Made by a program: the position numbers and the translations under genes. A DNA stretch of 50,013 nucleotides, counting the filler, from Trypethelium eluteriae (Eukaryota): assembly GCA_051942245.1 (NCBI GenBank). It is 2 parts of 2 records of this genome, joined end to end, with 100 filler letters (N's around TTAATTAATTAA, not from the genome) between each part and the next. Parts side by side here need not be neighbours in the genome. Positions count along the whole stretch, not along the records: positions 25,067 to 50,013 come from JAVECL010000387.1; 1 more part is not named here. One strand, written 5' to 3'. Shown here piece by piece: positions 36,941 through 48,379 of the stretch (positions are counted from its first letter, which is position 1; each line of letters begins with the position of its first letter). The notes under the pieces are model-generated. The model saw nothing but the letters and a program-made list of their open reading frames with translations. It was not told the origin of the DNA and did not search any database.

Positions 36941-38088
36941 TCTCTAAGCAGCATATCTGCAGAACGAGGGAGGGCGGTCGGGTAATCTGTCATGCTATGT
37001 TGACATGTGTTTTTATATACAATGTCTCACAACATACAGCTACCAGCCTCGAAGTCTCTTGCTCTCTATGTAACCCAATACGTGGACCAAACTTATTGGG
37101 ATGAAAGTAGTCGGAAAGACGATTCGTCGTCATGCCACGCATCGAGGTCAGAACGACTCTTCTGCCCACTCAAATGCGCGCCCCCACCACCTCCGGGAGT
37201 TTCTCGTCATGCCAATCACTCAGGGTGGTCACAGCTGGCGTTATGTTGGGTACCAGTAAAGCCACTGCCAGTAATGCAGCCGGATTGATCCGGTTGATGA
37301 AGTCGATGAGATGGCCTAACCAACTTAGGGCGTTGGTTGCAATTTTTAAGAGCACGAAATTGACCGCTCCTGCATGGAGTAAGACGATTTTTGGCTTGCA
37401 GGTGCTGTATCTGAGCTATTCCGGTATGGGAACGCAGAAGTCGCCTGAAGTTGGCGGCATAGGCTCGAAGGCTGTGTTCATCAAAACTTCAAAAATGGAA
37501 TGAAGAACCGATGCCTGCACAATGTTCGTTCAATGACCCTTCGTGTATTTGATGACGAGAGAGTAGGCTTGTAGCCATTTTGGCGCACTAACTAAAGCCG
37601 AGAAAGGCAACCCACTCACCGGTCTAGCCGCACGCAATGCCTTGACGCATGTTTTCTTGGAGATCCTCCGACGGCCTTTCCACCGGATACGTACATACCT
37701 GTGCCTAAGCGGCAGGACGCTTGTTCAGTCAATCTTGGAGACTCGTGTTATAGGAAGCGCAATGGGGTCAAGGGCCGGACAGGCCCGAGGGGATCCGGTT
37801 CAACGTTGGGGTCGCTCGCTTGAGCGTGGCGGCCGCCTGGTGTCGTATGGTCGGCCGCCACTAAACCACTTATGTAGAGTACCCGAATGGCGACAGAAAA
37901 TGAATCGTGAAAGATGCTCGGTTGGTGCTCTTAAGATTATGATATCCTTCTTGCTTACGCATCAACAGTATGCAATCGCCATATATATAGCAGGCCAGGT
38001 CAGGTCCAGAAAATGGAATCACCTTGGTGTCTACAGCTCCCAATAGCACCAACTTCATTCATCATCAGTCAATCCCCAGTGACGTAGA

Positions 38089-39134
38089 ATGTCATCTTCA
38101 TTTGACTCAAGTAGCCTTTTCCGGGTTGACGGTATAGTGGCCGTCATTACTGGAGGAGGCTCTGGTCAGTCCAGCTAGCCATCAATCATCACTATCACCG
38201 ATGAAAATTTCCCTTGCTGAGTCTTTCCCAGGTATCGGCCTTACTATGGCTCGGGCTCTCGCCTTTAACGGTGCTCGGAAGGTCTACCTCCTAGGACGTC
38301 GTCTGGAAGTGCTCAAGAAAGCGGCCCAAGAGCACTCCAGCTTGGCTCCGCTCCAGTGCGACGTGACCTCCAAGGAGGACCTCCAAGCCGCGGTTGACCA
38401 CATCGCTGCCGAGGTCGGCCATGTCAATCTCGTGGTCGCCAATTCGGGCAGCATCGGACCTCCAGTGCGCTTCAATGCATCCCACTCACTCCCGGAGATG
38501 CGCCAGACCCTTTTCACCAGCTTCTCCATGGCCGGAATGAACGACACGCTGAATCTCAACGTCACAGCAGCCTTTTTTACGATGACGGCCTTCCTCGAGC
38601 TTCTCGACGCAGGCAACAAAAAGGCGCTGGAGGGTGGATTCGGAAGGCCTCTGAAAGAGGGCAGTGACGTGCCGGTCATCCAGAGCCAGGTCATCTTCAC
38701 GACCAGTGTCTCCGCCTTCAGTCGGCACTGGTCGTCATCTCCACCATACATGGCCAGCAAGGTTGCCATTATGCAGGTGACTAAGCATGCCAGCACTCAA
38801 TTGGCCAGGTTTGGGATTCGCGTGAATGCCATCGCTCCGGGATGTAAGTGTCTCAAGTCGATGACTGCTAACACTAAATCGAAAACACCAGCAGACTGAT
38901 ATATCATTGATTCAAGTATACCCTTCCGACCTGGCTTCCGTACTGATAGGCGACCGACAGCCGGAAAAAGAGTCAATCGATGATCAGAGATTCATTCCTG
39001 CAAGGCGGTTAGGTGGTGATGAGGAGATGGCCGGGGCAATTCTATATCTTAGTAGCCGGTCCGGAAGCTACTCCAACGGGCTTATTCTGACCACTGATGG
39101 CGGTCGGCTGTCTGTTATGGCTGGGACATACTGA
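38089..39134 (+). CDS. Short-chain dehydrogenase/reductase (classical)
   Basis: 'VAVITGGGSG|IG', 'LQCDVT', 'VVANSG', 'YMASK', 'IRVNAIAPG', 'DGG'. Two introns. Confidence 0.92.
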
Positions 39135-40093
39135 AGTAAGTCGGTTAATGGATTCTCAAAGGAATTGCCTGGCGATCCCAAACCGATGAAGCCAATAGGA
39201 TTGTATTTAGAGTTGGCCATGCCTCTTACAGCACACCAAACCAGAGATTAGGACAACCACATCTGATTGCATATGAGTCTCTCGAAGAAGTTCTTCTCGG
39301 AACAATCGTAGATCTTCTACCGAGCTAGTAGCAAGCGTGGACTAGTCTCGTTCCGGCTAGCTACCTCTACCCTTGCTCATGGAGAGAAAGACATTGCGAT
39401 GTCACCCTTCAACCCGAAAACCTCCAGCCTCGAGCCACACACCTTTGAATCTCTTTCTGTGTCTGGCAACAAAGCACCAATGGGAGGGCCATTTAATCCT
39501 CTTAGAGCTGCAATACTATGACGACCTCTTGGGCTGTTCTTGGCGGGAGAGCCCAGCCCGATCCCGCCGGCGGCCTCTTCAGCCGCACGCAATCTAGACT
39601 TCGATATCCCTGTTTGTTAGAGTTTTCATTGGCTTCGATTACCATTCTGGAGACCGCAATGCTCAAAATGGTAGGCAGCAAGCGAGGAGGGCGTAGTATA
39701 GTTCTACGCTAGCTCTTTCAGGGTCAGCAAAATGAGCAGTCGAAGGCTGCCGTGGCTACATCTTACTCTATGCCAGCCTTGCTGATCTATGAGGCTCAAC
39801 ACCGCCGATGCAGTATTTAATGTAGGCTCTCCTCCGGTCCTTTGGAGCTATAGTAGCAAGATTGAATGCTTGAACCAATTTACTACGTACCAAAACTATT
39901 GGAACAGCGGACGACGATCGAGCAGCGCAAGCTTTGAACAGAGCTGACTCACATCCTCGCGGACTTTTGATGTAAGAGCTTCTAGCTCCACTTCAAAACT
40001 TGAGAGCTAGTTCACGTGCTAAAGCGCACGGAGAATTCAGAGTGCCAACATCAAGATCTCGACGTAGTACGCCATTGTCTGACATACTATGCA

Positions 40094-42607
40094 ATGGCGG
40101 ACATATTTCCCGGCCGCCCCCTAACAACTATTTCCATACAGGTTCCCAATGGCACAACACAGCACGATAATGAGCACATCTTGTGCCTTCCCATCACTAA
40201 AAGCTATTGGCCTTCAGTCGCAGGCATCATTGTTTTCTTCGCGACAAACTACCTAGCCCACGCAGCGACCGTTAAATCGAGTCCGGGTGACGATGTCCTT
40301 GTCCAGGCCTGTAACGCCATCTTGGCATTGTGCTTCCCCATGTCTGGGCTGTTACGTGCGCTTAACGCAATCATCCGATTCCCAGTAATCGCCAAAAACG
40401 AAGTGGATAAGGCTTGCAGGGCGGGAGCACTGTGCATGGTCGTCAGAGCACCCCATTGGAGACCCAAGCTAGGCCAAGTGCTCCAGTTAGGCGTCGTATC
40501 TGAAAGAAACGACGAACTCGTCACCAGCGAAGAGCTTCAGCGGCAGCCAAACTCCTTGCACGCGGAGATCCGGTTTCACGAGGAGGTTGGGGGCGGTGGC
40601 TTTCGCGAGTCGTATTTGCGCGCATATCGAGCTCAACGTACCGTTCGTCCCCCCGTGCAGGGAAAGCTGATAACCTACGTTCCATCGTATGCACGAGAAA
40701 ATTCCTCTCGATGGGTACATTTCGATTCCGTTTGGGCTAGATCACGGGTTGATCTTCGACTGACGCGAGTACACGGCACCTTCGAGCTACCTGACGGTTA
40801 TGAATTTGCTATAGTACCCCGGAGTACCTATCTACTCTCCCAGGTGACCTCAACTGCACATCAGAACCGTGCGCATACAGATCCAAAATTGACCAGCGAA
40901 ATGAGTGCAGGCTACAGCATTCTGAAGGCGGTCGCCTCGCTAATCCAGGTCATAGCCGCTTTTACCACACTTCTCTCGCACCGGCCAGACTTGATCAGAC
41001 GATGGGGCTATGCATCTTATCATCTCACCGTTATTCCGTATCTTGTTATGACCCTTGTGAACTTAATCTGCAATATGATCACTCCCGACTATCCATGCTT
41101 GTATATGGTTCGCAGCGATACTATGGTTGAAGCAGAAAAAGTAGGCGGCAGGTTTGAGGGCGAAGTAGCGCAGATGTTGTCTCTCTTTCCAAAAGGTCCG
41201 GTGCATTTCGACGACCCAACCTGGACTGGTTTGACTGAGAAGGACATCCAGAGGTTCTCAAAATTCATTGCTTCAACACCGGCTGCCATTGATTCCATTC
41301 GTTTGTGGGATCTCCTCTTTTCTAGGACGCAGAAGCTATCTGCAAAGGACAGGAAAGTTATCCGACTAAAGATTGTTGACGATTTGGTCAACGTTCAGAG
41401 CGATAAGGTACAAGCTGTAGTGGATGATGACAACTCTTCTACAGGTGAACAACAAGCCTCGGAAACTGTAAACACGACGTACGAGCGTGTTGACGTGCCA
41501 CGCGCTCGAAATGATGAGGTGCAACCGGAAGTGAATGATGACACGGTTCCTCGCGCTTCAGGGGTAGTGGCCGAGAACGAGCATGATGATAATGATTCAC
41601 AGGAACATTTTACCAAGATGCAAGTGCCGGAGCATGATGTCAAGATTCTAGCAAAAGGGCTGGATTCGGAAGATAACTACCAAATTCAGATCCCCCACGC
41701 GCCGAAATCAACATTGCCCAAAGGCTTTCTGTATACCATTCGGAACGTCTTGAAAGAAGCGATCCCCGATCGGGCACTTTTTCCTATCAGCTTACAGAGT
41801 ATTCGAAAGAATAAAGAGCATCTCGATGCTGAACCGTCGTCCGCATGGCGTCGAGCTTGGACACTATACAAGCTCACACTGACGAACATCCTTTTGCCAA
41901 CGGCTTTGGCCAAGGGTGTCAAGCCAAAGGCGGTCCGTACAGCTCGACTTTACTATCCTAATTGTCAGCGATTCCTGCGATGGGACGACATCAAGGCTAG
42001 CGTTGCAGAAGCCAACACCGAAGATGCTGTGGCAAAGTCACTAAGGGCGCCATCCTCAAATGCTGAGATGACGGGAGCGGACATCGAAATCCCAGCTTCG
42101 TCTGTTTCTGAAGTCCGTAAGCTGCTCCAACTTCCATCTCAGCGGATATCAAACCCTGCGTCAATTTCTGAGCTTGAAGATATGATTCAAGTATCAGCTG
42201 GACCTAGGAAGAGCGTCCAAACAGCATGGGCAGTCTTGGTAGAGATCTCTATTGGTTTATGCGTTGTAGGCCTTTTCTTCGGCCTAATTGCCGCATTGAC
42301 AAAGTTCCACGCCGGCGACAGCTCAGCAACAGAAAGGGGCATCATGATGGCATGGCTTGGTAGTGGACTCTACGGTTTCTGCCTTCCACTCTTGAGCACC
42401 TTGGAGCTATTAAAAGTCCTGTTCCTGCTTCCTCTCACTGTGGTACTTGCCATGGCTGCCAATGCTGCCATACCGGCGGGCCAGCAAAACGCGATTTCAT
42501 ATGCTATCGCTTTGCTTCCTCTTGGATTGTTCATTCCTCCAATCTGGGGCTTTGTTCTAGTTGGGAGAATGCTTACGGAATGGGGGGACTGTGTGCGTCT
42601 TTACTGA
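40094..42607 (+). CDS. Uncharacterised multi-pass membrane protein
   Basis: Intronless ORF of ~837 aa with three hydrophobic clusters ('IIVFFATNYLAHAATV', 'LTVIPYLVMTLVNLI', C-terminal 'PPIWGFVLVGRML') separated by long soluble loops. Confidence 0.8.
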   Translation: MADIFPGRPLTTISIQVPNGTTQHDNEHILCLPITKSYWPSVAGIIVFFATNYLAHAATVKSSPGDDVLVQACNAILALCFPMSGLLRALNAIIRFPVIAKNEVDKACRAGALCMVVRAPHWRPKLGQVLQLGVVSERNDELVTSEELQRQPNSLHAEIRFHEEVGGGGFRESYLRAYRAQRTVRPPVQGKLITYVPSYARENSSRWVHFDSVWARSRVDLRLTRVHGTFELPDGYEFAIVPRSTYLLSQVTSTAHQNRAHTDPKLTSEMSAGYSILKAVASLIQVIAAFTTLLSHRPDLIRRWGYASYHLTVIPYLVMTLVNLICNMITPDYPCLYMVRSDTMVEAEKVGGRFEGEVAQMLSLFPKGPVHFDDPTWTGLTEKDIQRFSKFIASTPAAIDSIRLWDLLFSRTQKLSAKDRKVIRLKIVDDLVNVQSDKVQAVVDDDNSSTGEQQASETVNTTYERVDVPRARNDEVQPEVNDDTVPRASGVVAENEHDDNDSQEHFTKMQVPEHDVKILAKGLDSEDNYQIQIPHAPKSTLPKGFLYTIRNVLKEAIPDRALFPISLQSIRKNKEHLDAEPSSAWRRAWTLYKLTLTNILLPTALAKGVKPKAVRTARLYYPNCQRFLRWDDIKASVAEANTEDAVAKSLRAPSSNAEMTGADIEIPASSVSEVRKLLQLPSQRISNPASISELEDMIQVSAGPRKSVQTAWAVLVEISIGLCVVGLFFGLIAALTKFHAGDSSATERGIMMAWLGSGLYGFCLPLLSTLELLKVLFLLPLTVVLAMAANAAIPAGQQNAISYAIALLPLGLFIPPIWGFVLVGRMLTEWGDCVRLY

Positions 42608-43768
42608 ATCTACCAAGCTTAGACCATTCAAGCCTTTCGCATTGCTGACAAGCACAGCATTGCAAAGCTTTTAAGTACGCTCAAACATACGCTCGATGAT
42701 CTTTTCACCAGAAACCATCTCAACTTTACTTGGTTATTTCTAGATGACGTACGTTATCGCCGATATTACTGAGTCATCCTTTCCCCGCAGTCTCAGTTCT
42801 AGTGAAATTGTATATAGACATAAGCTTCCCTCGACAATCGTGAGTTGAGGTTATATAAAAAGGCTCTCCAGACCTATTATTTCTGGTAGCTATACCATGA
42901 CCCAACAATCATGATGTAAGGTAACTAATGGATCAAAAAAATCGGATAAGATAGGTAGTACTGTATCTTTGCCTTGTGGGTATATGAACGTACTTAAAGA
43001 GAGATAATTTCCTTCAAAAGGCAGATCTGATGACCAATTAACTAGAAAATCGATGACTACTCTATAGCTGAGCAGAGAATATCCTGATCAATGCTTATTC
43101 TGTGAATCTCTACAAAACCCTTTAGGGCAAGATTTTAGGTGACTACTCAGCGAGGCGTCCGAAATTCGGTGTCGCAGCCTTTTCGTCGCCGACATGTAGC
43201 TTGTGAGTGCGACGCAAACACGACAAGATATTGAGATCAGTGGAGCGGGATGGATAGAAATGCTTAAGCCAACTTATCTTACCGCTCAATTGCTTTATTA
43301 AATACATGCATTTTACACCAAACATAAGCCTACCTATTACTTACAATACTGAGAATCCTTGTTATCAATCTGGAATGATGTACTCTAAATGGTCTCATTG
43401 GCCGGACCAGCTTAGAACAGAATGTTACAGATTAAACCTCGGCTGGCCTGGACAATTGAGCATGTCGACGTGTTGTTAAGATGTATTATTGATACTACGT
43501 GGCCAGGAGTAAGCTAATTTCCCTAGTCTCGGAGTACGCCGACGATCTGTAATTAGGTAAAATCTGAACAGCTGGCTTGTGCGCCCGTATCATGGCGCTT
43601 ACAGGGAGTCCACGATACGAAGGATTTTCCTATCCGTCATATAGTTTCTAGATCGCCACCTCTATCTCTATTATCCGCTTCTCTTAAAATTCTTATCATC
43701 ATTTGGGCTCATCTTCACTTGCCCCACTATTAAAGTAGGTAGATTCTTGACACTGTTACTCGGGAAAT

Positions 43769-44815
43769 ATGGGAGTACTGAAGCTCTTCGTTCAAATTGT
43801 CGTCTATTGTATACTCCTCTTCGATGGGGCAGTTGCCGCCCCACCACCTAGCTCAATAAATGATACAAAGCCACTTTTACTCAATCAAACACGATGTACC
43901 ACCGTTTCTTGTCCAGCGCTGTGTAGCACCCCCTTCTATCACCGAGCCAAGGCCTTCAACAATTTCTCTACCCTAGAGGCGACTGCACTTCATAAGTCGA
44001 TTCGTAAACCAGCTGTATTCAACGAGTCAATTTTAATCCATCCATTACAAAAACGAAGTCTTCGACCTATATCAGAAATGCCGCGAATGTATGATCGGAG
44101 AGATTATGTTTGGCGTATTACAAGGACCATTGATCGTTCGGTGGGATGGCTCTATCAGCATTACAGAACAAGGGGAGGAAGACTAGTCAGAAGTAGACAA
44201 TGGTTATTCCCCACATCAGGAAAAATGGTTGTAGGACTTAGGGGAATGATAGGATATACGGCTGTTATAGCTGTATCACAGAAAGGCGTCTCTGGTTCGA
44301 TACTCGCAGAAGAACCCATATTTGAACGTATGGATCATACCGAATCAAGTGATTCCGATTTCTACCAACTAGGCTTCGAGTATCTTGTAAGAGCAGACAG
44401 AAGCTATGATGGGCCGGGACTGTACAACCTCGTAGAACCCGGAGGGCTTCTAGCTCCCGAAACTGGGCCAAAAGTTTTTATTCTTACACCATGGCCTACA
44501 CCTGCTGAGCGAAGGCGCGGAATTAGGACGCGATTCCGATGGCAGCGGAAAATTGACCAGCTTCGAGCTAATCTAGCAGGGGTTTTCGGGCGGGAGCCTG
44601 CAGTTGTCGGATACACTAGACGCTCTCGAGAAGACGTAGAAGGTCACACGCCAACGGGTACAAGGCCATGGGCTAGTATAGGAGGAAGGGCTATTGTGGA
44701 AGTCGACATGAATGATCAGCAAATCGAACTTGAGCCCAGCATAGTTGCTTCGCTAGGACGATGGAGGCTCTGGGTTGAGGAAAGAATGGTCCATTCGGAA
44801 GCTTTTTGTCCTTAA
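43769..44815 (+). CDS. Secreted protein of unknown function
   Basis: 348-aa ORF with signal peptide 'MGVLKLFVQIVVYCILLFDGAVA/AP', a Kex2-like 'LQKR' site and an Arg-rich mature region. Confidence 0.8.
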   Translation: MGVLKLFVQIVVYCILLFDGAVAAPPPSSINDTKPLLLNQTRCTTVSCPALCSTPFYHRAKAFNNFSTLEATALHKSIRKPAVFNESILIHPLQKRSLRPISEMPRMYDRRDYVWRITRTIDRSVGWLYQHYRTRGGRLVRSRQWLFPTSGKMVVGLRGMIGYTAVIAVSQKGVSGSILAEEPIFERMDHTESSDSDFYQLGFEYLVRADRSYDGPGLYNLVEPGGLLAPETGPKVFILTPWPTPAERRRGIRTRFRWQRKIDQLRANLAGVFGREPAVVGYTRRSREDVEGHTPTGTRPWASIGGRAIVEVDMNDQQIELEPSIVASLGRWRLWVEERMVHSEAFCP

Positions 44816-45636
44816 ACCGAGATTTATCTGCTTTTTTTAGAGGTCTCTTGCAACTTATTACGTATCCATCTCACTTGGGAGTCCCTTCACGTATCCTGAT
44901 GCCTTTAGGAGGAGATCTTGGGCCACTTTCCCTTTCCCTGAATGGCACCAGCTGAGACCTCTACTACGCTTCGCTTGTGACGTGATTGTGTATTGCATCC
45001 ATCTCCAAGGCTCTCTTCTAGCTTTTGAAACTCAGAAATGTGGGCGCTCCTCCACGGCTGCACATGGCTCCGCTCTCACCTGCACTAGCTAGGTGACAAC
45101 ACGACTATACTGGAGATCATAGCGGTTGCGGTCGCTCCGCCGATCGTGTGTTCAATCGCCTTCTTTATCTGGAAGTCGTATTTGAAGGAGGCGTTGCTGC
45201 TGCTCTTCGAATCCGGTGGCCTTTGCTTAAAAGCAGTAGGACTTTGATACGAAGTCTGTGAATTTTCCAACCGATTTACTGGATCCACAGTGCGGGACTA
45301 AGGGTTTCGAAGGCGAATCAGAGACTGCGAGTACTTGATCGGGTGCGCTGACGAGGCGCTGAGGCTGCATGTTTTGTTGCAGAGGTTCTGATGAATATGA
45401 GTGTTGCGATCCGTGTCAAAACTCAAAACTTTTTAGTCGGACGAAGAGCCCCCCTCCGCGGCATAGTTACCTCCTTAGGTAGGTATCCACGTACCTCAAG
45501 GTACTGATCTATGGATAATTTAGGTACTCACCCCGCACACGTGACGTTGCTTTATGGCGATAAGGTATGCTTCAGCCCTGATTATCACAATTCTGTTGAG
45601 TGCGCCCTGAAGTTTCCAACGATATAAGTGATTTTG

Positions 45637-47276
45637 ATGGCATCGTGGCTATCTATGATCTTTTCTTGGCCTGCTTCGAAATTACCTTTTTCTTCCGGGA
45701 CTAGGGACGAGGCCACCCAAGCCGTTCTGCCTACCGGTCAGGGAAATCAGCTAGCTGAGGATGCGAACATACGAGACCATGAGCCACATCATCCGTATCG
45801 TGTCCGCGGATTACCGGCAAATATGAAAAAAAAAAAGCAGTATCTATGCTCCTCAAATCGATATTGGGAGGGAAAAATTTGGGTATGCGTATCCGCTCTC
45901 TTGCCTATGACGCATACGCTCCTCAATATAGTGTAGCGACCGTGACATTTCAGGAGCGACCCAAATTTTTGACACCGAATAAGTCAGAATGGCGTTTCCT
46001 TATGTCGACTGAGACGAATAGCTCGGATGAGGAGCAAATCACCAAAGATGAAGAGATCATAATTGATACGCATTTTCGTGGGTTCACTAGTCTGAACTCG
46101 TTTGAGGACAAGGCGTTTCATCTAATAGAGTAAGTTGTCTAACACGTCATGGAAAGGCTTTTAATGTGATATATAGTATCATTGCTATCTGTGGATCAGG
46201 CGGCCATGCATTTTGCTCTTTTCAGGAACGTAGGGGGCACTATATGTGGCTGCGTGACGGGCTTCCGAGAGACCTTAAAGCAGATGGGGTCCGAGTACTG
46301 ACATACGGCTACGACTCCCAGTTGTTTGAAAATAAAAGGTTTCAAAATATTGAAGACATTGCGTCTTCCTTTCGGAAGGCGTTATCTGCTGTAAGGAGGA
46401 CAGACAATAACATCCTACCTAGACCACTGGTATTTATCGCACACAGCCTTGGTGGAATTGTTCTCAAAGAGGTACCTAAACTCCAGTGAACTGTATACTA
46501 CAACCGGGACTAATTTATAACAAACTTAAAGGCAATGATTCAAATGGTTAAAAGCGATCCCACAACACTAAAGTCCACCATTCAGTGCCTTGTATTTGGT
46601 GTGCCAACTCATGGCATGAATGTCAGTACTTTGTACCCTATTGTACAAAATCAACATAATGCACGCACATTACTTCCATACTTGGACGAGAACTCTCTAT
46701 GGCTAAAGGATCAAAATCGCAAATTCCCAGAAGCTTTCAATTTTAGAGACCCTAACGTTATTTCCTTCTATGAAACTAAAGAGTCTCCAACCCTAACCAA
46801 GGGTTGTCTTTTTGCTGTTGCGTGGGAATAGTAGATTTTCAATCAAATAACGGCGTTCCCAGGAAGATAACAAATGGAAGATGAAAGGTGATACTGCTGT
46901 GCTAGTGAATAGCTCCTCAGCAACCCGTGGCCGGCCATGGGAGACCGATACGCGATACAGCCAAGCTCTTAACCGCAATCACTCAGACCTTGTGAAGTAC
47001 TCGATGAAAGATCAAGATTACATCGTCATCTTGGAGCATTTACGAGAGTGTAGTCGCTCAGCGGAGCGCGTTATTCGATTTCGCTTTCCCGAACTTGCGT
47101 CTAGTCTAGAATCACACTCAGAGAGTCCTGAGCAAACGCTCAATCGTAAAGAGCAAAAATTAGTTCTGCAATTGCTTGACTCCAGGTACATTCATCTCAG
47201 GGGGTTGAAGATGCTATTTTGCAGCAAGTTTGGCAACAGCGGTTGGGAAGTTAAAGTGAGCAAACCTTCTCCCTAA
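45637..47276 (+). pseudogene. SesB/SERAC1-like alpha/beta hydrolase (NLR N-terminal effector type), frameshifted and without a downstream NOD domain
   Basis: 'IDTHFRGFTSL', 'IIAICGSGGHAFCSF', 'MWLRDGLP', 'RVLTYGYDS', 'PLVFIAHSLGGIVLKE', 'FGVPTHG', 'SFYETK', 'NRNHSDLVKY'. Frameshift at the A11 run 45826-45836, which could be a homopolymer sequencing error. Confidence 0.78.
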
Positions 47277-47551
47277 TTCGCTTGACTTGAAACCGTCTTA
47301 ATGCGTGTAGGAAATGGACGAATGTTATGAAGTCAGATCACCCAGAAAATTGACAGATGTAGGTCAACTCAAATGAGATAATATCCTCGACAATAGTGAC
47401 GTAACAATTGAACTGCAGATTGAAATTAACTCTCTTATTGAGAGAACCTTAGTTAGATTTTACGGCCACAAATGTGCGCAACCTGACGAGCGTGCTGCAA
47501 CACAGAGTTAGCTCTAATCAAATACGAACTGGGTTTTGGTATTGCTAAATT

Positions 47552-47666
47552 ACTGATGTTGTTTGTAAATTGGGTGGTGAAAGCTTGTAGGTTAAGCTTT
47601 AGAGGCGAGGACTGATGTTGTAAACTAGGTGGTGAAAGCTTGTAGATTAAGCTATGGAGGCGAGGA
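47552..47666. repeat. Two-copy tandem repeat of ~55-59 bp
   Basis: ACTGATGTTG...TAAA.T.GGTGGTGAAAGCTTGTAG.TTAAGCT...GAGGCGAGG occurs twice in tandem. Confidence 0.85.
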
Positions 47667-48379
47667 TATCTATATACGTAGCCAATTCACGAACCTCACT
47701 CCTATTCACGTGATAGGATTGCCAATTTCCTACGGTAGTAAGATTGCCTTCTCACACATCACATGCAACATCAAGGACATCTATAGGTACTTTATACATG
47801 GCAACTCACGACCCTCATTCGTAATCACGTGATAGGATTGCCTTCTCACACATCACACTCCTATCTAGGTATGCATCATCAACCCTACACGTGATGCGGA
47901 GGTAATTAAGTGTCCACCTAAGGTAGGTATGTCCCTAAGGAGAGTGATTACCTGAGGAAAGTAATTCCAATCCGATGTAATTCAATTTATAACTACAACA
48001 TGTTTAAAAGTTGTAGAGTGGGATGGCACAGGATATTTGCTCATTCACGTGGGGGAGTCGTTCCCTAACCGAATCTATCCCCGAACCTGTCTCCCTGCTG
48101 AACTCATCTCTTTACGGTACGAATGTCACTACGGCCAAGTCTCCCTATGATCCTACTCCCGCGGAGTTTTCGTTAGATATATCCGAGCTTGGCTGGCATT
48201 CTGGCAATCCATCCTATCCCTTGTCTGGCTGCTGCGCGGTGCTGCGCATGGACGATTTTTGTATGTATGGGAGTTCGACCATAGTCTAGCTTGAATAAGT
48301 AGAGCTCACTTCTTTTACTTCTAACTACATCTGATTTTCGGTGTTTCCTAGTCCGTGCGCAGCAGCGCAGCCGGACAAG

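Noticed and set aside
45465..45530. TACCT/AGGTA palindromic clusters (also ~16930, ~27935, ~47915)
   Set aside because: Common low-complexity intergenic motif in filamentous ascomycetes, with no defined element boundaries.
47552..47858. Repeat-spacer pattern resembling a CRISPR array
   Set aside because: Only two irregular copies per motif in a eukaryotic context with no cas genes.
48023..48289. 88-aa ORF just before the right hAT terminus
   Set aside because: Short, with no recognisable domain. It may be a fragment truncated by the transposon but cannot be supported.
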